Below, one piece after another: positions 52,545 to 64,000 of a stretch of DNA of 64,000 bases. Location of the stretch: the NCBI GenBank assembly GCA_964016885.1, contig OZ024741.1:284704001-284768000 (forward strand). The letters are read 5' to 3'. Position 1 is the first letter of the stretch. Each line of letters begins with the position of its first letter. The notes below the pieces were generated by a model. It was not told where the DNA came from. It was given only the letters and a program-made list of their open reading frames with translations, and made no database searches. The stretch is from Eledone cirrhosa. Its lineage: Eukaryota. Position numbers and translations under genes: made by a program.

Positions 52545-52606
52545 TATTCTATTATATATATTTCAACAGTACCAAAAATGTTGGTACGCTATCATCAGAT
52601 AAAATA
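52545..52606 (-). ncRNA. Type I hammerhead ribozyme at the PLE 3' end
   Basis: Minus: tattttat-CTGATGA-tagcgtacca-acattt-ttggtactgtt-GAAA-TATATATA-atagaata; about 45 nt from (TA)n. Confidence 0.8.
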
Positions 52607-53579
52607 CAAAATGTTTTATAAATATTTGATATGAGCAAGGATAATATACCTTAACGGTTCAAGTTATCCCTGGAAAGTGAAGAGAAGAGAGGAGAAAAGT
52701 CAGATATTTAAAATTATTAATATGAGTATGCAAATGATGTTTATATTAAAGGGCTGAAAAAACATTATTTTAGACGCTATGGAAAATTTAAATAATTATG
52801 ATAAGGAAGGAAGAGAAAGAGAAAGAGTAAAAGAAAAAGAGAAAAGAATAACGTTAATTTGGGGGAAAAGATTTTTGTTACCTATATTATGAGTTATAAA
52901 ATTATATGAAGAATTATGGTTGTAAGTATTTTTATCTTATTACATTAGGATAGGTTATATGTATATAAATATATCTATATATATAATAAGTTGCATATGC
53001 ATTGATTTTTTATATAAACAAATATGAGTTACGAAAGATGTTGAAATTTTATTTTCAAGTTGTGAGATTAGAATAATTTGTGGGTTCAAAAATTTTCAAC
53101 ATTGAGAATGTTTTCAGAATATTGTTAATTTAACGAAGCTATATAAATTATCAAACTAAAATTGTTAAAGTAGAAGGAAAAGGAAGACCACTTATTTAGG
53201 GGAAATATATTCAGACATTTGTCTATATTTATATGGAGAATTATTTATCTTATTATAATAATATATAAATATCCTTTATTAAAAGGATAGTTTGTTTATA
53301 ATATGAGTTACGAGGGATGTAGATTTATAAATAAATAAAAAAATAAATAATAAATAGGTGTTTGTTCCTAATATAAGTTACTAGGGATGTTGATTTTATG
53401 TAAATAAATAGGTAGTTACAATTGATAAGATTTAAGTTAAGTTAAATTAACGGAGTTATGTATAAAAAGTTTTATGGTTGAAAGAAGGAAAGATAAGTCC
53501 GATTTTTTATTATTAATCGCTAGTGTGGGATTAATTATTTAGTCTAAAGAAATATGAATATTTAAACATCATCCTGAAT

Positions 53580-54313
53580 AGGATATATTTTACTAAAAAC
53601 AGTTATTAAAATGAACATGAAAGACCACAAAAGAAACTTTGAAATAGAACTACCAGTCAGACTTATAGCACCATCTAAATCAGACTTAGGCATAATTAGT
53701 AAACATATATTAGATAGAATCATACCGCAAATTAAGGAAAAATCACACCTAAAACTATGGAACGGTATTAATGAGGTTATAGATTGGTTCAATCACATAC
53801 AATTTAAACATAACAAAAAATTCATTCAAATGGATATTACAAATTACTACTCCTCTATTACTCATAGTTTACTTAATAGGGCTATGCATCTAAACACACA
53901 TATTTATCTAGTGAAGAAATGCATATCATTTTAACTGCACGGAAAACTTTAATTGAATTCAGCAATCATCTCTGGACAAGAGCCGATAGAAAAAATAATT
54001 TTGATATCACCATGGGATCATCTGACTCGGCGCAAATAACGGATCTTGTGGGCTTATTTATTAATAATACACTGCATAGAAAAATGCCAGAGATGACCGG
54101 TGGTTTATATCGTGATGATGTGCTACTTTTAATTGAAAACCATAGTAATTGTGAAATTAATAGGAAAAGAAAATCCATAATACAATTCTTCAATAATTAT
54201 AACCGTAAGTTAGAAATAGCGAATAATTATAAAATCGTTAACTTTTTAGACGTAACATTACACCTTAGCACAGAGCTCTACTATCCATTCCATAAAATTA
54301 ATGAGAATCTAAA
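53580..54313 (+). pseudogene. PLE reverse transcriptase fragment
   Basis: ORFs 53611-53934 and 53919-54449 (frameshifted) with YRDD catalytic motif. Confidence 0.88.
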
Positions 54314-54890
54314 TTTGTCTAGTGCTTTAAAGAATAGCTTTGCTAAAGGTGTTTTAACGCTTAATGAGAATGGGGGTGAGTACCAAATAATATTTCTAGT
54401 TCTTTTGTTTGTTTTAGAGTTTAAGTTAAATTGTTTATTCTTATTATAATTAATAGTAGGGTGATTTGCCTTATTATTGTTGTCAATGTATTTAATTTTA
54501 TTCGTATACCCTGCTCTATTTAAAGCTTCAATGTAATATTCAGCCTTATCCTCAAAAATATTTTTATTAGCAGAGATGCGTGAAATTCGTTGCTGGACGC
54601 TATTGACAATAGTGTTCTTAATAGATCTAGGATGATTAGAGTTAAAACTTACGTAATTTAGATTCTCATTAATTTTATGGAATGGATAGTAGAGCCCTGT
54701 GATAAGGTTTAATGTTACGTCTAAAAAGTTAACCATTTTATAATTATTCGCTATTTCTAACTTTAAGTTATAGTTATTGAAGAATTGTATTATGGATTTT
54801 CTTTTCCTATTAATTTCACAATTACTATGGTTTTCAATTAAAACGATATAAACCACCGGTCATCTCTGGCATTTTTCTATGCAGTGTATT
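54314..54890 (-). pseudogene. PLE RT C-terminal/thumb/linker fragment (inverted)
   Basis: ORF 54281-54856: VNFLDVTLNL..Y.PFHK..YV..SNHP.SI..RIS.IS..RNIIWYSPPFS. Confidence 0.88.
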
Positions 54891-55119
54891 TCATTCAGAA
54901 TGATGTTTAAATATTCATATTTCTTTAGACTAAATAATTAATCCCACATTAGCGATTAATAAAAAAAAATCGAAGTTATCTTTCCTTCTTTCAATCATAA
55001 AAACTTTTTATACATAACTCTGTTAATTTAACTTAATTTAAACCCTATCAATTGTAACTACCTATTTATTTACATAAAATCAATATCCCTAGTAACTTAT
55101 ATTAGGAACAAACAACTAT

Positions 55120-55158
<39 letters not shown>

Positions 55159-55778
55159 TTTGTAAATCTACATCCCTCGTAACTCATATTATAAACAAAC
55201 TATCCTTTTAATAACGGATATTTATATATTATTATAATAAGATAAATAATTCTCCATATAAATATAGACAAATGTCTGAATATATTTCCCCTAAATAAAT
55301 AGTCTTCCTTTTCCTTCTACTTTAACAATTTTAGTTTGATAATTTATATAGCTTCGTTAAATTAACAATATTCTGAAAACATTCTCAATGTTGAACATTT
55401 TTGAATCCACAAATTATTCTAATCTCACAACTTGAAAATAAAATTTCAACATCTTTCGTAACTCATATTTGCTTATATAAACAATCAATGCATACGCAAC
55501 TTATTAATATATATATAGATATATTTATATACATATAACCTATCCTAATGTAATAAGATAAAAATACTTACAACCATAATTCTGTCACCGAAATATATAT
55601 ATAGCAGTAAATTTATAATTTATAATAAACGAAGCCAAATTTTACATATTTGACTTACTTATTTTATTTGATATACATATATATATATATATATATATTC
55701 TATTTTCTCTCAAGCGCACACACACCTGCACAACATGCACACACTCATACACACATACAATTAGAATATGGTGGCGAT

Positions 55779-55904
<126 letters not shown>

Positions 55905-55909
55905 ATATG

Positions 55910-55969
<60 letters not shown>

Positions 55970-56012
55970 CATATACACACACACACACACACACACATTT
56001 ATATATATATAC

Positions 56013-56043
<31 letters not shown>

Positions 56044-56207
56044 GATATATATATATATACATACTTATATCCTATAGAGTACTCTAAAACAAACGTGGTT
56101 AATCTTAGGAGAAGAGTATATGTGTAATCGGTGGTGAGTTTCTCACTTAAAACGATCACTAGATAAATATACGTTGACATTCTAAATTGAAAAAATAAGT
56201 ACTCTAA

Positions 56208-56262
<55 letters not shown>

Positions 56263-56798
56263 AGATCATTCGGGCACACGCACATTTATATGTAAATGTG
56301 TATATATATATATATATATGTGTGTTATATATATATATATATATATATATATGAGTTTCTAAGTACGGAAGTGGAAGGTTGCATAGCAGTTCGTTACCCG
56401 CAAATGTGCAAGTACGCGAGTACAGGAAGACTATGCATCACGCAGGCTTACATGCCAGATACAATAACCTTAGGTGTTAGCAGGGATAGATATTTCCTAC
56501 AGAGTGAGTTTATACTGTTTAGTGATTAAGTAACTAATAAATCGAATATTAATAGGTCTGACGAATCGATGTGTTACAGGAGGAATAGAATAACTATTTA
56601 AAGGGTGTGAAAGGCCTTGGCGGTTGATAGGAAGGATAGGCCAGTGTAAAGCGCAATCCCGTAAGAGGGAGTGTCGAGGTTAAGGAAATCATTTAGTCTA
56701 ATTCACGTTAAAAATTGAGTACAAGCTTAAAGTCTATGACCAAAATTAACAAAAGATTCTAAGGAAAGATTTAGATATATTGTGCCTAATATATATAT

Positions 56799-58450
<1,652 letters not shown>

Positions 58451-58468
58451 AACATAACCTATACTTAG

Positions 58469-58531
<63 letters not shown>

Positions 58532-58642
58532 TAAGAGGAATTCCAACTTTGTCTGATTTACTCGTTTTATTTACAATCCTTTAAAATTTATAATGGTATT
58601 ATAATGAAATAGTATGATAGAATATTAAATTCTAAGTGTTAA

Positions 58643-58683
58643 ATGAATAAGTACTTTCATGCTTTCGCAATCTTCAGGTTCAT
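58643..58683 (-). ncRNA. Minimal hammerhead motif
   Basis: Minus: atgaac-CTGAAGA-ttgc-gaaa-gcat-GAAAGTACTTA-ttcat; GNRA-capped helix II, palindromic helix III; in a (TA)n-flanked ~200-bp spacer. Confidence 0.65.
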
Positions 58684-58732
58684 AATATGTGGTGACAGTC
58701 AAGTTTGCAATTTTCAACTGTTGAAATATATG

Positions 58733-58828
<96 letters not shown>

Positions 58829-58830
<2 letters not shown>

Positions 58831-59666
58831 CATTACTGCTTTTAAGCGCGCCCGAAACCTCCGCGACCTCCTGGTTCGCAGTTCTTTTTCGTCTTCTCCC
58901 ACGACTCCACCCGACTATCATGCTTGTTCCCGTTCCCGCTGCAAAACTTCTCCCTTTATTTCAACCCTCACCACTCTTATAGGCCCTAACGGGTCTTTCC
59001 GTATCCGCCATTCCTTCACATGCACATCCACCCACGTTGTAGTATGCCCTCCGGTGTTCCCGTTGCGGGTCTTTATATATCGGACAAACGGGACGCCGTA
59101 TGGCGGACATTTGAGGGACATAAGATTCGGTTTGGATACTCCTGTCGCCCGTCATTTCTGTTCTCCTGGTCATTCTTCCCTACATGTTTCAGTCCTGGGT
59201 GTCCTTTTACATCTTGGATCACAGGTCTCGCGCACCAGGACTGAACAGAGTCTGATTTACCGTCTTGGGTCCTATTCCCCTCTTGGACTCAACTCACCTC
59301 CCCAATTTCTCTAATACCCCGTCCATTATCCCACCCGCAGCTTTCTCTTTGCTCATAGCTTCGCACTTACATGCACACACACTCTTCTACTCACATATAC
59401 ACATATATCTATTATTAGCTCCGTACCGACCTAAAATAACACACACACACACTCATGCTTACGCACGTTCTCAAGTATAGCTCTTTTACAAAACGTTTTT
59501 TTTTCCATTTTTATCTAAAGACATTTTTTCCAATTCTATCCCGATTCTTCTGATGAAGGACTAGCGTCCGAAACGTTAAGACCCTCTTCCTGCTACATCA
59601 AGCGTTAACCTAATATATACTTTCCATATACTGTACCGATTGTGTTGTTATTTCTGTTTACCTTTT

Positions 59667-59670
<4 letters not shown>
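58829..59670 (+). mobile_element. PLE 3' fragment: GIY-YIG endonuclease remnant + 3' UTR, flanked by (TA)n
   Basis: [47 protein letters not shown]...PLGLN. Confidence 0.88.
59546..59581 (+). ncRNA. Minimal PLE-type hammerhead ribozyme
   Basis: tctt-CTGATGA-aggac-tagc-gtcc-GAAACGTT-aaga; palindromic helix III (AACGTT). Confidence 0.85.
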
Positions 59671-59754
<84 letters not shown>

Positions 59755-59792
59755 ATATATTGTCCTTCCTGTTCCGTATGGCCATGTCCATT

Positions 59793-59832
59793 GCGAACTG
59801 AGGATCCACTATGGTGAAACAACTGTTCTCGG
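59793..59832 (+). ncRNA. Minimal hammerhead-like motif
   Basis: CTGAGGA-tcca-cta-tggt-GAAACA-ac-TGTT; weak helix I; in a ~100-bp (TA)n-flanked spacer. Confidence 0.5.
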
Positions 59833-59889
59833 TATGGTGAACTATCTGTTGTCTAACCACTTCTATATATATATGTATATATATATTTG

Positions 59890-60290
59890 TAACCACGAAC
59901 TTTTCCTACCAACTCGTAAGCACGTTTTCTTAACTACAGATTATTATATACACTCGTTTTTCTCTTAATATCTTCAAACAACCAATTAGCCAAACACTTT
60001 TAACAACTTCAAACAACCAAATAACCAAATCTCACATCCATAAAAGAGAATACATATCTATATATATACGCTACTTTAATATCTTCAAATAACCAAAGGC
60101 TCACTCACACTCAGATAAGGAAAAAAGTATATTCAAATACACGGGCTTTCCCTACAAACTCGCAAGCAAGTCTTCTTAACTACAAACGATTATATACACT
60201 CGTTTTTCCTTGGATATCTTCAAACAACCAAATAACCACAAACTATTAACATCCTCAATCAAACAACCAAACTCACACATCCATAAGAGA

Positions 60291-60368
<78 letters not shown>

Positions 60369-61145
60369 GATTCTTTAATTCTTCAAATAATATTATATAC
60401 ACCCGTTTTTTCAAATAATATTATATACACTCGTTTTTCCTTGGATATCTTCAAACAACCAAATAACCACAAACTATTAACATCCGCAAACAACCAAACC
60501 CACATCCATAAGAGTGAATATATATATATATAAAATAAATTTTGCTAGTCCAAGGACAGAATTTATCTATCCAATCTATCTTACAGGCGATTTGTCGATT
60601 TTGAGAATGTAAGCAATACTTGTCTTTTCTTCTATCCGCAGTCTTCTAAATAAGCAGTGTTTTAAACTCTTAGTTATGCCAGTCTAAAATTCAAATTCTC
60701 CGTTTATTTATATTTACCTGTTTTTAATATGTCTCAATCTGTTGGCTGTTGGTCCCTTCCTAAAAACTAACCTTCTAGTATTGTTATTGAATAATTATTC
60801 TAGAACCTTCCTGCATCTCGCTCCATGCTTGTAAACACTTGCTCTCAGACCCCCCCCCCCCACACGCCTGATCGTAAGTATAAAATAAATCTTGCTAGTC
60901 CCAAGGACAGAATTTATCTATCCAATCTATCTTACAAGCGATTTGTCGATTTTGAGAATGTAAGCAATACTTGTCTCTTCTTCTATCCGTAGTCTTCTAA
61001 ACAAGCAATGTTTTCAACTCTTAGTTATGCAAGTCTAAAATTCAAATTCTCCGTTTTCCTCTCTGATTTTCAATCATTTATATTTACATGTTTTTAATAT
61101 GTCTCAATCTGTTGGCTGTTGGACCCTTCCTAAAAACTAACCTTC
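59890..61145. repeat. Degenerate tandem repeats (3 copies, 59890-60530) followed by a ~250-bp direct duplication (60530-60777 / 60879-61146)
   Basis: Recurring tatacactcgtttttc..atatcttcaaacaaccaa; duplicated tataaaataaat.ttgctagtcc...aaaaactaaccttct. Confidence 0.8.
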
Positions 61146-61429
61146 TCCTAAAGTTACCCATTTCCCGCCCCCATTGCTATATGGTCCAATCAGAACTCAG
61201 CGGCTTTAGTAAGTTCTCTAACAAATCAGTATAGCAAAGCTACCACCTCGGTTACTACTCCTTAAGTTTAGACCTGTTTGATGGGTTGACTGCGGAAATT
61301 TGGAAAGTCTAAGCACTCAATGACAATGTCACAGATAAAGATAAATTCACCTCCTGCTGCAAGACAAGAATACAAGGACCCCTCTTTATTTCAGACACGG
61401 ATGACCAACCCATCCATCCCGCCCTCCCA

Positions 61430-62487
61430 ACTTCAGAGTTGGTACCATGAACGTAGGCACATTGAAAGGTCGTGGGTAAAAACAATGCTATAAACTTTTC
61501 TGGGTGGGAAATGACAACGGACTGGGTGGAGTAGGAATTATGTTAGCTGAAAAATGGGTAGATAAGGTAATCGACGTAAATAGAGTAGATGACAGAATAA
61601 TTAAAATAAGGCTAGTTCTAAATAAAACTACTGTGACAATAATATCCGCTTACGCACCCCAATCTGGTCTACCTGACGTTATAAAGGACAGGTTCTATGA
61701 GATGCTAATGCACACTACCTCCCAAATAACCGACAGCGACTACATAATTATTGCTGGCGATCTAAACGGCCACGTTGGACAACATAGTGATGGCTATGAT
61801 GGACTCCATGGAGGCTATGGGGTTGGAAATAGAAATGAGGAAGGCTTCACATCCTGGAATTCTGTGATGCCAATAACCTAACTATCTGTAACTCAAACTT
61901 CAAAAAACATGAAAACCACTTGATCACCTATAGATCAGAGGAACACGCCAGCCAGATAGATTATATCCTTACTAGAAGACGGGACAAAGTGTCTGTTGTA
62001 AACACTAAATCCCTCCCCCGTGAAGAATGCACCTCCCAACATAGCCTAGTAGTTAGTGACCTCACAGTCAGAAATAGATGTACTCGACGACAGAGGAGGC
62101 CTACCTTGAGGAGAAGAATATGGAAGTTGAAGGACCCCATAGTCAGTGACAAATTTAAAAGCTTATTACTTGATGCCTTTGACAATAAGGAAGAGCAATT
62201 AGAGATGTGCAATATAGAGGAACAGTGGCAATTCTTGAAAGTGAACCTGGTGAAAGCAACGGATGAAATCTGTGGCTGGAGCAGACCTATTGGCAGGAGG
62301 AGAGTAACTTGGTGGTGGAACAGTAAGGTGGAAGAGACAATCAAGGCCAAAAAGCAGGCTTGGAAAGTATGGCAGGATGGGGGAAGTAGAGAGCACTATC
62401 AAGTGGCCAGGAGAAAAGCTAGGAGACAAGTGTACCTTGCAAAAAGGGAAGCAGAGGATAGAAAGTCCAAGCATGTTCTACAACCTT
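61430..62487 (+). mobile_element. RTE-clade LINE 5' coding part (APE endonuclease), decayed
   Basis: GTMNVGTLKGR, GVGIML, ISAYAPQ, AGDLNGHVG, SQIDYIL, TWWWN. Confidence 0.9.
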
Positions 62488-64000
62488 GACAACTCCCACT
62501 TGGAGGCCGAAGTAAGAGTGAGAAATTTCACAACCATCCGTGCGGATCGTGTTGGCAGAAGGATGGGCAGAAGGATGCATGATTCCTTTACGGCAGTTGG
62601 CAACACAACATTCTCTAATGGATACTGTGAATCAGTTACTGTGCGCAATAAAGCCAATGACCTGACATTAGTTGGACTCTATAGGCCACCACAAACACCC
62701 ATAATCTGCTTCAAAGAATGCCTCAACAGTATTAAATGCTTTATTAAACAGTGCCATTCTAGCAACATACTTTTGATGGGAGACTTTAATCGACCCTGTG
62801 TCGATTGGTCTACATGTAGTTTGAAAACAGGCTCCACAGCCTCAACCACTGGCAAAGAGGCTGTCGAGTCACTTCTTGACTTCATAAATGAGTTTTTCTT
62901 GTCCCAACTTGTCCTTGCACCAACGAGGCATCAGAAGAACATTCTGGATCTAGTGTTTAGTAACCACACTAACACTATACATAATATTACAGTGGAAAAA
63001 ACCCTTCTCTCAGACCATGACATGGTTCTTTGTAACCTGAGATTCCCCTAGCCGAAAGCCAATCCCAGGGTCCTCTTTCCAGCCCACCCATTTGATAACA
63101 TGGATCTCTACAATGCCAACTGGGATGCAATTATGAACAAACTATCACATGTTGACTGGTCTTTTACACATGCACACACTTCCACCAACATCAAAACATC
63201 TTGTCAGATCTTTGTAGACACTGCCACAAATATATGTACAAAACACACCCCACCAAAACCTGTGAACAAAACCAAGTGCAGTATCCCCCAAAACAGAAAA
63301 AACAATTATCAGAAAAATAAAAAGAACAAACAAAAACATTAACACACTAAAATACTGCCAACAGCAACACACACATTCAATGGCTATCACCCTGCTTGAG
63401 TCAAAAAAATATAACCTCCAGCAATGCATGATGACCATCATCAATAACAAGAGAATAGCTGAAGAGAGGTGGGCCATTGAGAAAATCAAACTCAACCCCA
63501 AAGTGTTCTTTTCATTTGCTAAAAAACACAAGGTCACCGTCTCCACTGTTGGCCCCCTAGTTGATGAAAATGGCAGACTCCAGGACAATGCCAAAACCAT
63601 GGGCGATATACTGAAGAAACAATACTGCTTTGTTTTCAGCAATCCCGATATGGCCGATCTGGGCCGTATCGGTGATGTTAATCCCCAACACACTATATCA
63701 GACATAACGTTTGGCGCCCCTGATGTCTTAGCGGCAATAAACGAAATTAAACACAATTCAGCAGTAGGCCGTGACAGGTTCCCTGCTTGTGTCCTGAAGG
63801 TGTGTCGACACCAGCTTGCATCTCCTCTTGCTAATCTGTGGAGGAACTCGCTGGACACTGGCTATATTCCTGAAAACTTTCTGTCCCAGTCCGTTGTCCC
63901 AGTCTTCAAAAAGGGGAATAAGTCCCTTGCAGTGAACTAACGTCCGATCTCACTCACCTCTCATATTATCAAGGTATTTGAGAGGGTGGTTAGATCACGA
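62488..64000 (+). mobile_element. CR1-group LINE ORF2 (APE + start of RT), runs off the window
   Basis: IRADR, GLYRPP, MGDFN, PTR..NILDLVFSN, SDHDMV, NPKVFF, VVPVFKKG, N*RPISLTS. Confidence 0.9.

Larger units (their letters stand above)
52501..55583. mobile_element. Penelope-like element rearranged into a ~3-kb palindrome
   Basis: Outer arms 52910-53579 / 54893-55583; inner arms 54066-54313 / 54657-54890; RT motifs MKDHK..RLIAPSKS, MDITNYYSSI, MGSSDSAQI, GLYRDD, VNFLDVTL; thumb NHPRSI; RNIIWYSPPFS. Confidence 0.92.

Noticed and set aside
61504-61881. Craniofacial development protein 2-like host gene
   Set aside because: This label commonly attaches to RTE APE domains; the frame is broken and continues into LINE sequence.

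Overview
AT-rich eukaryotic non-coding DNA with no confidently identifiable host gene. The SINE families and the density of (TA)n/(CA)n/(ATGT)n/(GA)n tracts suggest an octopus/cephalopod genome (inference). Nearly all ORFs in the track are translated microsatellites or decayed transposons. Recognisable elements: RTE-clade LINE fragments (one with three C-terminal C2H2 fingers) plus an RTE-derived SINE with a candidate HDV-like ribozyme at its 5' end; two tandem Tx1/L1-clade LINEs beside (GATA)n; CR1-type and CRE-type (RLE) LINE remnants; a deleted mariner, a decayed Tc1/mariner, MITEs, Helitron-like termini, tRNA-derived SINEs and two minisatellites. The main signal lies in the spacers between (TA)n runs. 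Many are 3' ends of Penelope-like elements (PLEs) carrying hammerhead ribozyme (HHR) motifs, about 15 candidates from canonical to core-variant. They often form 'tails-out' palindromes, several folding back within or next to HHR helix II. A ~3 kb palindrome (52.5-55.6 kb) still contains PLE RT/GIY-YIG sequence, linking the small non-coding foldbacks to PLEs. All RNA structures were paired by eye and boundaries are approximate.
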